A stretch of 64,000 bases of DNA from the NCBI GenBank assembly GCA_039000425.1, contig JAWBPV010000001.1, positions 67,240-131,239 of the forward strand, given 5' to 3'. Positions within the stretch are counted from its first letter, which is position 1. The number at the start of each line of letters is the position of its first letter. Below the pieces are notes generated by a model. It did no database searches and was not told the origin of the DNA. It saw only the letters and a list, made by a program, of their open reading frames with translations. The DNA is from Candidatus Aenigmatarchaeota archaeon. Its GTDB lineage: Archaea; Aenigmatarchaeota; Aenigmatarchaeia; CG10238-14; SCSR01. Shown in pieces: positions 45,260 through 55,215 of the stretch. Both the position numbers and the translations under genes were made by a program.

Positions 45260-45797
45260 GTTCCAATTCTTCCCTACAATTTTCACATAACCATTGTCCA
45301 TTAACATTTCTTAAATCATCGCTGTAGTTATCACAAGAATCACAAATACCAGAAGTGAATTTCTCTTTTATTTCCGGTTCATAAGATTTCATCCTCAATC
45401 TATACTCTAACAAATCCAACATTTCTGGAGAAGTTTTAGCTATATCTGAAAGGGAAATTATACCAATCAATTTTCCGTTAAAAACAACTGGAAGTCTGTG
45501 TATATTATTTTTCTTCATTTTCCTCACAGCTGATAAAATTTCTTCATCAGGGCCTATTGTCACTAAAGGTGAACTCATGACTTTCTTGACTTTTGTCTTA
45601 CTAGGGAGTAGATTCTTAGCAACAACTCTTTTTATTATATCGCTGTCAGAAACTATACCCACAGGCTTTCCTTTTCTTGTAACTATTAAACACCCTCTCC
45701 TTGTTTTTTTCATAAGTTCTCCTGCTTGTTTAATTGTTTTATTTTCATCTATCGTTATCACTGGTTTAACCATCACATCTTTAACATAAATCGGCAA
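45249..45797 (-). CDS. CBS-pair protein with C-terminal zinc ribbon
   Basis: Two CBS motifs followed by GICDSC...WLCENC. Confidence 0.9.
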   Translation of the reverse strand: MPIYVKDVMVKPVITIDENKTIKQAGELMKKTRRGCLIVTRKGKPVGIVSDSDIIKRVVAKNLLPSKTKVKKVMSSPLVTIGPDEEILSAVRKMKKNNIHRLPVVFNGKLIGIISLSDIAKTSPEMLDLLEYRLRMKSYEPEIKEKFTSGICDSCDNYSDDLRNVNGQWLCENCREELEHEY

Positions 45798-45837
45798 CGT
45801 ATCACCTACTTATAATTTACGATTTTTAAATTTAAAC

Positions 45838-46161
45838 TTAATTTTTTAAAAATTCTTCCAATTTTTCACCACTATCTCTCAACACTTTCCTACTCGGTTT
45901 TAAAATCCTTATATTTCCGTAACCAAAATCAACTACTAAGTAAAAAGGAAATCCTTCTAATTTCTCGGAAATTTTACCGTAAAAATAAAGAGATTTTTTT
46001 CTCGTAGATTTGACTTGTAAGAGTAAACATTTTCCATTTTTTAAACAAACCAAATCTGCTTCACCTAGGCTTGCTCCGGCCCTAACTACTTTCCACCCAT
46101 ACTTTTCAAAAATTTGTCTGATTTTTCTTTCAACCCTGTAGCCTTTTCTCTTCACGAGCAT
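45838..46161 (-). CDS. hjc: Holliday junction resolvase Hjc-like nuclease
   Basis: KGYRVER, GWKVVRAGAS, ADLV, QVKS (PD-(D/E)xK variant). Confidence 0.82.
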   Translation of the reverse strand: MLVKRKGYRVERKIRQIFEKYGWKVVRAGASLGEADLVCLKNGKCLLLQVKSTRKKSLYFYGKISEKLEGFPFYLVVDFGYGNIRILKPSRKVLRDSGEKLEEFLKN

Positions 46162-46199
46162 AATAAATATTAAAAATAAACTTTGATAAATTGTAAAAG

Positions 46200-46874
46200 A
46201 TGAAGATTTTAGTGATTAGTGATATTCACAATGATATCGAAAACTTGATGGAATATCTAGATAAAATCCAAAACCTTGATTTTGACGTTATAGTTATTCC
46301 AGGGGACTTCACCGATTTGCCTCCCAAAGGATTTTCATCGATAGAAATAACCAAATTGATCATAGAAGAAATAAAAACACTTAAAAAACCGATGTTAAGC
46401 GTACCTGGAAATTGGGATAGAGATATCATTGAACTTTTAGAAGAAGAAGATATAAGCATTCATGGACGTGGAAAAATCATTGATGAAATAGGTTTCTATG
46501 GTTTCGGTGGTGCAAGAACGCCGTTCGATACTTTTTATGAACCTGGCGAAAGAGAAATCGAAGAAGGACTTAAAAAAGGGTTTGAAGAAGTTAAAAAAGC
46601 TAAGGTAAAAGTACAAGTAACACATATGCCACCTTTTAGAACTAAATTAGATGTAACGTATACAGGTGCACATGTTGGCTCTGAAGCTGTGAGGAAAGCC
46701 ATTGAAAATTACAAACCTGTTCTTGCTATAAGTGCACATATCCATGAAGCTAGAGGCTTAGACGAAATTAACGGGACTAAATTGATTAACGCTGGTAGGT
46801 TTCCAGAAGGTTATTGTGGTTTTGTTGAAATTGTAAATAATAAAGTTGAAACTAGAATCCTCAACTTAATTTAA
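46200..46874 (+). CDS. Calcineurin-like metallophosphoesterase
   Basis: SDIH, GDFTD, PGNWD, THMPP, AHIHE. Confidence 0.92.
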   Translation: MKILVISDIHNDIENLMEYLDKIQNLDFDVIVIPGDFTDLPPKGFSSIEITKLIIEEIKTLKKPMLSVPGNWDRDIIELLEEEDISIHGRGKIIDEIGFYGFGGARTPFDTFYEPGEREIEEGLKKGFEEVKKAKVKVQVTHMPPFRTKLDVTYTGAHVGSEAVRKAIENYKPVLAISAHIHEARGLDEINGTKLINAGRFPEGYCGFVEIVNNKVETRILNLI

Positions 46875-46962
46875 TTACTCCATCACCAAAAAGAATTTTT
46901 ATATTTTGGTTACAAAATAAATTACACTAATCAGAAAATTACCGGAAGGAATAGGGATAGAA

Positions 46963-47322
46963 ATGAATAGGCAAGACTCGCTTATAAATATTTCTGTACA
47001 ACAGAATATAGAATTGAAGAAAGAGCTCGCTTCAATTTTTTTGAATTTTGATGTTATCATGATAAAAATTTTACAAAAATTTTATTTCAACGGTGAAAAT
47101 TTTCCTAACGATGTGAATTCTTATTATCTTCAACAACTTTTCTCTGAGTTAAGAAGTGAGGGGTTACAAATCAATGTTGAAACTTTGAGAAAAAGATTGG
47201 AAAGTTTGGTTAAATTAGGTTTGATCGATAAAGTGAACACTTATCCAAGGATATATGCACCTGTAAGGGATGTGGAAAAAGTAAGAAATTTGTTGATAAG
47301 GATAAAACAAGTTTTTTTGTGA
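46963..47322 (+). CDS. Winged-helix protein
   Basis: INVETLRKRLESLVKLGLIDKVNTYPRIY. Confidence 0.75.
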   Translation: MNRQDSLINISVQQNIELKKELASIFLNFDVIMIKILQKFYFNGENFPNDVNSYYLQQLFSELRSEGLQINVETLRKRLESLVKLGLIDKVNTYPRIYAPVRDVEKVRNLLIRIKQVFL

Positions 47323-47521
47323 ACTTTTAGAAAATTTTCAAATTGAACATCTTTGTTATTGATTAACATTATTGATATAAAAACCAATCTCTCAAATAAG
47401 TGCGAACATTTAACTTATTTTATAAATTCTAGCAAACTACAAATTGAATAAAAAAACTCATTCTCGTTAAATTTTAACAAAACATATCTTTTTCTCACTC
47501 ATATTAACATTAATTTTCTCA

Positions 47522-47589
47522 CATTTATTTCAAAATCTTTGCAGATAAATTCAATTGTTTGCATTTATTTCAAAATCTTTGCAGATAAA
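47522..47589. repeat. Perfect 28-bp direct repeat with 40-bp period
   Basis: CATTTATTTCAAAATCTTTGCAGATAAA at 47522-47549 and 47562-47589. Confidence 0.9.
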
Positions 47590-47624
47590 AAATTTTATTT
47601 TTAAATCCTATATTTTAAAAAAAC

Positions 47625-47852
47625 ATGCCAAGAAGACCTTTTGGAAAATTTTTTGAATTAGCCCTTCTAAACTGCTTAGATCCAAAAATTCCAAGGACTG
47701 TAGAATTTATACGTAAATCTTTGGCCGAAAAATTAGATAGACCTGGTTTATCATGGCATACTGTTAACAAATATTTGTTATTATTAAGAGATGCTAAAAA
47801 GGTGGAGGAAATCCGTGTCGGGAAAGTAACAACTTATAAGTTGAAAACTTGA
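47625..47852 (+). CDS. Small winged-helix protein
   Basis: LSWHTVNKYLLLLRDAKKVEEIRVGKVTTY helix plus wing. Confidence 0.72.
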   Translation: MPRRPFGKFFELALLNCLDPKIPRTVEFIRKSLAEKLDRPGLSWHTVNKYLLLLRDAKKVEEIRVGKVTTYKLKT

Positions 47853-47889
47853 ACGAGATATAATATATAATTAAAAAATAAAAAATTCT

Positions 47890-49056
47890 TTGGATTTTAT
47901 GGATAAAAGAGAAATAGTGGAATTTTTCATGAAAAAAGGTATAATTCTAAAACCAGATGTACTTGAATATCTAGTTAACAAGAAAGGAGAAATCAAACAG
48001 ATTTTGGAAAAAATTGATAATGTAGAAAAAATTCCACCTTTAATTTCAATCGAATTTTTAAAGAATTTATTAGAAGAGAAAAAAGTAGACGTGGAAGAAG
48101 TTAAGAAAGAAATTTTAGATAAGAAAATTATATCAGTTGATGATGTTTCTAGTGTTTTAATTCAAAGATATGAAAAGATTAAATCTTTTTTCACTTTTAG
48201 AATGGATTTGGTCAACCTCATTTCCATTAATAAAATAAATGAGAAGATGAAGAAATTTTCTCTAATAGTTATGGTGAGAGAGATAGATGAAATGGAGAAT
48301 AAAATAGTTGTTGAAGATTTAACAGGAGAGATTATTTTTCACGTGAAGAATAAGGGGATTATGGATTATTTAATTGAAGATGAAGTTGTCGGTGTTGTTT
48401 GTGAAAGGAATGATGGAAGAATAGAAGTTGTTAATATCTTATGGCCTGATATACCTTTGAAAAGGAACATAGGAAAGTTGGAAGAAGATGTTTTTTGCCT
48501 GTTTTGTAATTTCACGATTTTTGAAGAAAATTATGAGAAAATTTTGGATAAGTTAAAAGAAATGAGTTTTGATAAGTTGTGTATTTTTCTTTTTTCTGAT
48601 GTTGATGTAAATGAAAAATATATAGATAAATTTAAAAGTTTCCTACCTTTTAATTCATCCCTAATTTTAATAACAAAAAATAGAAATTTTAAGGAAGAAG
48701 ATGTGTTAAGCTTTTCACCTCCTGTTTTCTTAAGGTTGGAGAAAAAAATCAACTTACTTCTTTCAACAGGAAACGACTTAGAATTTTACAAGAGTAAATG
48801 GGGGAAAGGAGATTTGGTCATGTTGAACTTACTTAAAAAAAGGCATTTAAATCCAATTTTCAAAACACAGAATTTGGCTTTGGAGAATAATTTCATTATC
48901 GACCCAATACCAGACATTTTTGTCGTTGGACCCTTTGATTCACCTTTTGTTTTGAACTACAAAGGAACAACTTTGATATCTTGTGGGACTTCAGAAAAAA
49001 TATTTTGGATTGTAAATCTTAAAACACGAGAAAATTTAAAAATTGATTTGATTTAA
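47890..49056 (+). CDS. Inactivated DP1-like (PolD small subunit / B-subunit) homolog
   Basis: N-terminal IVEFFMKKGIILKPDVLEYL, QRYEKI, OB fold VEDLTG..DEVVGV..WPDIP, LLKKRHLNP, IIDPIPDIFVVG, YKGTTLISCG. Metal ligands absent. Start may be ATG 47899. Confidence 0.82.
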   Translation: MDFMDKREIVEFFMKKGIILKPDVLEYLVNKKGEIKQILEKIDNVEKIPPLISIEFLKNLLEEKKVDVEEVKKEILDKKIISVDDVSSVLIQRYEKIKSFFTFRMDLVNLISINKINEKMKKFSLIVMVREIDEMENKIVVEDLTGEIIFHVKNKGIMDYLIEDEVVGVVCERNDGRIEVVNILWPDIPLKRNIGKLEEDVFCLFCNFTIFEENYEKILDKLKEMSFDKLCIFLFSDVDVNEKYIDKFKSFLPFNSSLILITKNRNFKEEDVLSFSPPVFLRLEKKINLLLSTGNDLEFYKSKWGKGDLVMLNLLKKRHLNPIFKTQNLALENNFIIDPIPDIFVVGPFDSPFVLNYKGTTLISCGTSEKIFWIVNLKTRENLKIDLI

Positions 49057-49064
49057 GAATAAAC

Positions 49065-51761
49065 ATGGAAGTTATATTTCAGCTTCTAGATGTTGATTAT
49101 ATTTTTGTTGAGAATCAACCGATCATAAGGCTTCTCGGTAAAACAGAAGATGGGAAAACAGTTTGTGTGTTTTACAAAGGTTTTTTCCCATATTTTTACG
49201 TATTACCAAAAACTGGGATGATGGAAGATGTTATAGAAGAATTGAAGAAAAATTTTCCGAACGATTTGAAGAATATAGAAGAAGTTGATAAATTCTTACC
49301 AATAGGTTTTAAGGAAGAAAAGGTGAAAATGTTAAAAGTTACTTTGAAAGACCCTTCTAGAACAGCTACAATCAGAGAATACTTGAGGAGAAAAAATTTT
49401 GTGGAAGAAATCTTCGAGGCAGATATACTTTTTAAATACAGGTTCATGGCTGATTTTTCACTTTTCGGTATGAGTTGGTATAAAGTTCAGGGAAGGCCTA
49501 CTCGTACAGAAACTATTAAAGCAGATATAATGTTGGATGTCGATAAAATAGATCCCGTGGATAAAATGGAAAGCGCACCACTGAAGTATTTAGCTTTAGA
49601 CATAGAGATTGTCTCTGAAGAAGAGATAAATGCAGAGAAAGTGCCAATAGCTTTAATCAGTTTATCTTTCTTCCCAGCTTATAATGGAAAGAACAGCATG
49701 GTTTTAGTTGCTAAGAACAATATAAGAAAAATAAATCATGATATCTTGACGTTTAAAAATGAAAAAGAGATGCTTGAAAAATTTTTAGATATAATTGAGA
49801 ATTTTGATCCCGATATAATCACAGGATACAACATCAACGATTTTGATTTACCCTATATTAACCAAAGGTTGAAAGTGAATAAACTAAAAAGAACTATAGG
49901 GAGATGTAAAGAGAAACAATTGAGTTCAAAGAGCTTGGGAGAAAATAGGTATAAAAATTCTGTTTTCGGTAGGATTATAGTTGATCCTTATTGGATGATA
50001 AAAGAAATGAGTGGAAGAGGGTTCTTCATAGGATTAAAAAGATTTGGTCTAGGAGATGTTTCTTCTTATTTACTTGGTGAAGATAAGATTGAATTTTCAG
50101 TTAAAGATATGGTGGTGGCTTGGAAAGGTGATGAAGCAGAAATGGAGAAATTTATAGAATATGCTAGAAGAGATTCTGAGCTTGTGTTAAAACTGTTGTT
50201 AGAAAAACACCTTTTAGATAAATACATAGGAATTTCAAAAGTTTGTGGGTTGTTGTTGCAAGATTGTTTGGATACAGGGGAAGCAGCTAAAGTAGAAAAT
50301 TTATTGTTGAGAGAATTCAACAAAGAAGGTTTTGTATTGCCATGTAAACCTACAGAAAAAGAGATAGCTAGGAGGAAAGCCGAAAAAGACGCAAAAGGTT
50401 TTAAAGGTGCTTTAGTTTTAGACCCAGAAATAGGTTTACACACAACTTGTGTTTGTTATCTTGATGTGGCTAGCATGTATCCTTCCATTTTTATTTCTTT
50501 CAACATTTGTCCAACAACTCTTTTGCTAGAAAAGAGAAACGATTTAGAGATAATAACAACACCTTTTGGGACTTCTTTCGTTTCACCAAGAATAAGAAAA
50601 GGTATAATACCTAGAATGGTTGAAAGACTTATAAAAGAGAGGAATGTTGTTAAAAATGAGATGAAGAATGAGAAAGATCTTGTAAGGAAGAGGGCTCTAG
50701 ATGCATATCAAGAAGGTTTGAAAAGGATAGCAAACGCTACCTATGGTTATACTGGATTCTTGTTAGGTAGGATTTATGTTTTAGATATAGCAAACGCTAT
50801 AACGAGTTGCGGTAGATATTACATTCAAGAAACTAAAAGATTGGTAGAAACCCACACACCATACAAAGTGATTTACGGTGATACAGATTCTGTGATGATA
50901 AAAACCGACACCCAAGATATAGATAAAGCCATAGAGATAGGAATCGAAATAGCAAATTTCTTGAACGAAAAATTTGAAGGTAAGTTGAGGTTGAAAATCG
51001 AGAACATTTTTAAAACACTCTTGATCTTAACGAAGAAAAGATATGCTGGATGGAGTTTTGAGAAGATAGATTCTCAATATAAAGATGAGATTGTGATGAA
51101 AGGGATTGAAACTGTTAGAAGGGATTGGTGTGATTTAGTTAGCGAAACCCAAGAAACTGTATTAAATATTTTACTGAAAGAACAAAATCCGAAGAAAGCT
51201 TTTTCTTACTTCAAAGAAATAGTACAAAAGCTACAAAATGATCAAATACCACTTGAGAAACTTGTTATAATTAAAGGGGTATCGAAAAGACCTGAAGAAT
51301 ATAAAGGAGTTCAACCTCATGTAGAGCTGATAAAGAAGATGAAAAAAAGAGGGGAGAAAGAAATTCCATCTATTGGTGATAGAGTTGGGTTTGTGATAAT
51401 CAAAGGACCACAACTTATTTCAGAAAGAGCGGAAGATCCTGAATATGTGAAAAAACATGGTTTGAAAATAGATTCTAAATATTATATAGAAAGTCAACTT
51501 TTACCACCTTTGGAAAGAGTTTTTGAAGCGATAGGTGTTGCTAAAGCCGAGTTAGTTGGATTGGGAAGACAAACTCTTTTGGCAGAAGTAGTTAACAACA
51601 ATAAGATAAAAGGAGATGTGTTGAGTGATGTTGAAAATGTTGTTTGTGTTAGATGTAATAAGAATTTCAGAAGGGTTCCTTTAGTTGGAAGATGCACTTC
51701 TTGTGGTGGTGAACTAGAATTTTCTTTCAATGGTTCAAGGTCAAAATATTTTAGTGTTTAA
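49065..51761 (+). CDS. polB: Family B DNA polymerase with a DP2-like C-terminal zinc finger
   Basis: LDIE, YNINDFD, YARRD; DVASMYP, KRIANATYGY, YGDTDS; C-terminal CVRCNKNFRRVPLVGRCTSCGGEL. Confidence 0.95.
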   Translation: MEVIFQLLDVDYIFVENQPIIRLLGKTEDGKTVCVFYKGFFPYFYVLPKTGMMEDVIEELKKNFPNDLKNIEEVDKFLPIGFKEEKVKMLKVTLKDPSRTATIREYLRRKNFVEEIFEADILFKYRFMADFSLFGMSWYKVQGRPTRTETIKADIMLDVDKIDPVDKMESAPLKYLALDIEIVSEEEINAEKVPIALISLSFFPAYNGKNSMVLVAKNNIRKINHDILTFKNEKEMLEKFLDIIENFDPDIITGYNINDFDLPYINQRLKVNKLKRTIGRCKEKQLSSKSLGENRYKNSVFGRIIVDPYWMIKEMSGRGFFIGLKRFGLGDVSSYLLGEDKIEFSVKDMVVAWKGDEAEMEKFIEYARRDSELVLKLLLEKHLLDKYIGISKVCGLLLQDCLDTGEAAKVENLLLREFNKEGFVLPCKPTEKEIARRKAEKDAKGFKGALVLDPEIGLHTTCVCYLDVASMYPSIFISFNICPTTLLLEKRNDLEIITTPFGTSFVSPRIRKGIIPRMVERLIKERNVVKNEMKNEKDLVRKRALDAYQEGLKRIANATYGYTGFLLGRIYVLDIANAITSCGRYYIQETKRLVETHTPYKVIYGDTDSVMIKTDTQDIDKAIEIGIEIANFLNEKFEGKLRLKIENIFKTLLILTKKRYAGWSFEKIDSQYKDEIVMKGIETVRRDWCDLVSETQETVLNILLKEQNPKKAFSYFKEIVQKLQNDQIPLEKLVIIKGVSKRPEEYKGVQPHVELIKKMKKRGEKEIPSIGDRVGFVIIKGPQLISERAEDPEYVKKHGLKIDSKYYIESQLLPPLERVFEAIGVAKAELVGLGRQTLLAEVVNNNKIKGDVLSDVENVVCVRCNKNFRRVPLVGRCTSCGGELEFSFNGSRSKYFSV

Positions 51762-51770
51762 TATTAATTA

Positions 51771-52421
51771 ATGAAAAAAGTCTCGATAATAATTCCAACT
51801 AAAGATGAACCTTACATCCAAACTTTGGTTGAAAAAATCCACGAAATCTTAAAAGTGAAACATGAAGTGATAATTGTTGATAAAAGTAAATATTTACCAA
51901 AAGTAACAGGAGCAAAGGTTGTTAAACAAAAAAGTGATGGTCTTGGAAAAGCTTTTTTGGAAGGATTAAAATTTGCGAAAGGTGATGTTATAGTTTTGAT
52001 GGATGGTGATGGTAGTCATAGACCAGAAGATTTACCAAGACTTTTGGATAAGATAAAAGAATATGATATAGTTTTAGGATCTAGATATGTAAAAGGTGGA
52101 AAAAATCAAGATAAATTTTACAGGATTTTAATAAGTAGGTTTTATTCCTTTCTAACTTCATTTTTGCTTGGTTTAAAGATTAAAGATAACATGTCAGGTT
52201 TTTCTGTAGTGAAGAGAAGTGTTTATGAAAAAATTAAACTAAATCCACTTGGTTTTAAAATTAATACAGAACTTTTATTCAAAGCTAAAAAATTCGGTTA
52301 TAAAATCGTGGAAATCCCAATAATGTTTGAAAATAGAAAAATGGGAAAATCGAAAGCGGGTTTGATCGAGGGTATGAGAACTTTAAAATTCATCTTTAAA
52401 TTGAAATTTGGGTTAAGGTAG
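51771..52421 (+). CDS. GT2 glycosyltransferase (Dol-P-sugar synthase-like)
   Basis: VSIIIPT, MDGDGSH, GSRY, DNMSGF, EIPIMFENR. Confidence 0.9.
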   Translation: MKKVSIIIPTKDEPYIQTLVEKIHEILKVKHEVIIVDKSKYLPKVTGAKVVKQKSDGLGKAFLEGLKFAKGDVIVLMDGDGSHRPEDLPRLLDKIKEYDIVLGSRYVKGGKNQDKFYRILISRFYSFLTSFLLGLKIKDNMSGFSVVKRSVYEKIKLNPLGFKINTELLFKAKKFGYKIVEIPIMFENRKMGKSKAGLIEGMRTLKFIFKLKFGLR

Positions 52422-52453
52422 TTAATTTAAATCTCACAAACCGAATAATTTTT

Positions 52454-53440
52454 ATGGATTTTAGATTTTTAAGTTTCTTGATCGGTTTGATAATTTTACT
52501 TCTAATTTTATACTTTTCAGGAATAAATGAAGTTTTAAAAATAATTTTGAATTCAAATTTGAATTTCATAATTTTGGCAATAGTTTGTTTCTCTTTTTCA
52601 GTGTTTTCCAAATCTTTAAGATGGTTGTATCTTCTTAAATCTGTGAACATCAAAGTTCCTTTTTCCCACACTTTTTACAGTTTCTATTCTGCCTTGTTTT
52701 TAGGCAATTTAGTTCCGATGAAAGCACTTGAATTTTTGAGAGGATATTTTTTAAAATTGAAGTTTGGCACATCTTTTTCAAAAACAATTCCTTTAGTTTT
52801 AACTGAAAGAGTTTTAGATGTTTTCGTTTACATCTTATTTTCTCTTGTTACTATTCAAACAATAACGGAACTCATTCCATCCTACGTCACTACATTAGCT
52901 TTCATAGGGATGCTAATTTTCTTCTTGATTTCAATTTTTGTTTTACTAACTCTCAACAACAAAAAAATCATGTTCATCCTTTTGAAAATATCGACAAAAT
53001 TACCTTTTATTAAAAATTTCAGCAAGGAGTTGAAATACATGGTAAGAAATTTTTCCACAGGTTTTAATCAACTCAAACGCTCAAAATTCCTTTTACTAAT
53101 TCTTTTTTTCACATTTTTGATTTGGATCACTGAATGCCTAATATTTTTATTTTCAGCTAAGGCCGTTGGAATAGAATTGCCTTTAACTTTATTCGCTTTA
53201 CCTTTGATTTCTATACTCTTGGGAAGCTTAACTTTTATACCAGGTGGTTTAGGTTCAATAGAAGCGATATTAATCTTGTTTTTGTCGTTTATCGGAACAC
53301 CTTTACCAAAAGCTACTTCTGCAGTTTTGATTTATAGAGCTCTTGTCCATTTTTGTGAAAATTCTATCGGTGCGATAACAATTTCACAAGTTTATAGTTT
53401 CGATATCGTTAGAAAAATAAAAAAACTTAAAATGGAATGA
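52454..53440 (+). CDS. UPF0104/AglD2-type flippase-like membrane protein
   Basis: LRW, ERVLD, PGGLGSIE, LIYR; many TM segments. Confidence 0.88.
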   Translation: MDFRFLSFLIGLIILLLILYFSGINEVLKIILNSNLNFIILAIVCFSFSVFSKSLRWLYLLKSVNIKVPFSHTFYSFYSALFLGNLVPMKALEFLRGYFLKLKFGTSFSKTIPLVLTERVLDVFVYILFSLVTIQTITELIPSYVTTLAFIGMLIFFLISIFVLLTLNNKKIMFILLKISTKLPFIKNFSKELKYMVRNFSTGFNQLKRSKFLLLILFFTFLIWITECLIFLFSAKAVGIELPLTLFALPLISILLGSLTFIPGGLGSIEAILILFLSFIGTPLPKATSAVLIYRALVHFCENSIGAITISQVYSFDIVRKIKKLKME

Positions 53441-53557
53441 TATTATTCCAACTTCATTGATTAATTTTTACTCCTAGTAATTAAAAGAAATCTACTGATA
53501 GAAAATTTTCTGTATTTCCTTTTAAATTAATATGTTAAAAAATGATAAAAGATTAGT

Positions 53558-54133
53558 ATGAATAATTTGATTTTAGGTAAATTTATCAAGATTCAAGCAA
53601 ACGTTAGCATTGGAGAATTTCCAAAAGATTTAGAAGGGAAAGTTGAGATTGGTGACGAATCTCTAATAAGGTCAGGGACAATCATTTATAAAAACGTTAA
53701 AATTGGTAAAAATTTTAAGAGTGGACACAATGTCTTAATAAGAGAAAACACCGTCATAGGAGATAACGTTGTTGTCGGAACAGCCACTGTTATTGATGGT
53801 AATACAATAATAGGCAATAATGTTTCAATTCAAACAGGCGTGTATATACCGAAAGAAACTATAATAGAAGATGATGTTTTTCTTGGACCAAGATGCATCT
53901 TAACAAATGATAAGTACATGATTAACCCACAAGCAAGAAAAGAAAGACCTGTACTTAAAGGACCGATTATAAGAAAAGGGGCAAGGATAGGTGCTGGTGC
54001 AATTATTTTACCAGGGATAGAAGTTGGTGAAAACGCTGTGGTTGGGGCTGGTGCAGTTGTGACGAAGAATGTTGCCCCAAATTCTGTGGTTGTTGGAAAT
54101 CCTGCCAGAGAGATTGAGAGGAAATTTAAATGA
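53558..54133 (+). CDS. Hexapeptide-repeat N-acetyltransferase (WbpD-like)
   Basis: Left-handed beta-helix repeats, FLGP..LTND, VVGNPAR. Confidence 0.9.
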   Translation: MNNLILGKFIKIQANVSIGEFPKDLEGKVEIGDESLIRSGTIIYKNVKIGKNFKSGHNVLIRENTVIGDNVVVGTATVIDGNTIIGNNVSIQTGVYIPKETIIEDDVFLGPRCILTNDKYMINPQARKERPVLKGPIIRKGARIGAGAIILPGIEVGENAVVGAGAVVTKNVAPNSVVVGNPAREIERKFK

Positions 54134-55215
54134 TAAAAATAGCATCGCCAGCTATCGGGGAAGAAGAAATCAAAGCAGTGGAAGAAGTTTTGAAGTCTGG
54201 AATTCTTGCTCAAGGCCCAAAAGTGAAAGAATTTGAAGAAAAAATAGCAGAATATATTGGAGTTAAATATGCAATAGCAACATCTTCTGGTACAACTGCT
54301 TTACACACAGCTTTGCTTGCAATTGGAATTAAACCTGGAGACGAAGTTATAACAACACCTTTCACTTTCATTGCTACAGCAAATTCAATTCTATACTGTG
54401 GAGCAAAACCAGTGTTTGTAGATGTTGACGAAAAAACATTTAATATTAATCCAACAAAAATTGAAGAAAAAATAACAGAAAAAACAAAAGCCATATTACC
54501 GGTTCATTTGTATGGCCAACCAGCTGACATGAAAAGTTTAATGAAAATTTGTGAAGAACACAACTTGATTTTGGTAGAAGATGCAGCACAAGCTCTAGGA
54601 GCAGAGTTTGAAGGAAGAAAAGTTGGGTCTTTTGGTACTTGTAGTATCTTTAGCTTTTATCCCACAAAAAACATCACAACTGGAGAAGGTGGTATGATTT
54701 TGACGAATGATGAAGAAATAGCAGAAAAGTGTATGAAAATAAGAAATCATGGAGAATACCAAAGATATTTTGTTGATTCCCTGGGATATAATTACAGGAT
54801 GACAGATATAGCAGCTGCTATTGGTCTAGCTCAACTTAAAAAACTTGAGAGTTTAAATACAAAAAGGATTGAAAATGCAAAGTTCTTAATGGAGCAATTG
54901 AAGAAAGTTGAAGAGATAGAACTACCTTTTGTTGCAAAAAATGTTAAACATGTTTTTCATCAGTTCACTATAAAAACCAAAAGAAGAGATGAATTGAAGG
55001 AATTTTTGGAAAAAAAAGGAATCCAAAGTGTTGTTTATTATCCTTTACCGATTCATAAACAGAAGTTTTATCAACAACTTGGATATAGAGATTCTTTACC
55101 TATAGCCGAAAAACTTTCAAAAGAAGTTTTGTCTTTACCTGTCCACCCAAGTTTAACAAAAAAAGATTTGAATTCAATCGTAAATTCAATTTTGGAGTTC
55201 TTCACACAAAAATAA
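54130..55215 (+). CDS. DegT/DnrJ aminotransferase (WbpE-like)
   Basis: [33 protein letters not shown]. Confidence 0.93.
   Translation: MIKIASPAIGEEEIKAVEEVLKSGILAQGPKVKEFEEKIAEYIGVKYAIATSSGTTALHTALLAIGIKPGDEVITTPFTFIATANSILYCGAKPVFVDVDEKTFNINPTKIEEKITEKTKAILPVHLYGQPADMKSLMKICEEHNLILVEDAAQALGAEFEGRKVGSFGTCSIFSFYPTKNITTGEGGMILTNDEEIAEKCMKIRNHGEYQRYFVDSLGYNYRMTDIAAAIGLAQLKKLESLNTKRIENAKFLMEQLKKVEEIELPFVAKNVKHVFHQFTIKTKRRDELKEFLEKKGIQSVVYYPLPIHKQKFYQQLGYRDSLPIAEKLSKEVLSLPVHPSLTKKDLNSIVNSILEFFTQK

Noticed and set aside
47522-47589. 28-bp direct repeat as a mini CRISPR array
   Set aside because: Only two copies, a 12-bp spacer and no cas genes in the window.
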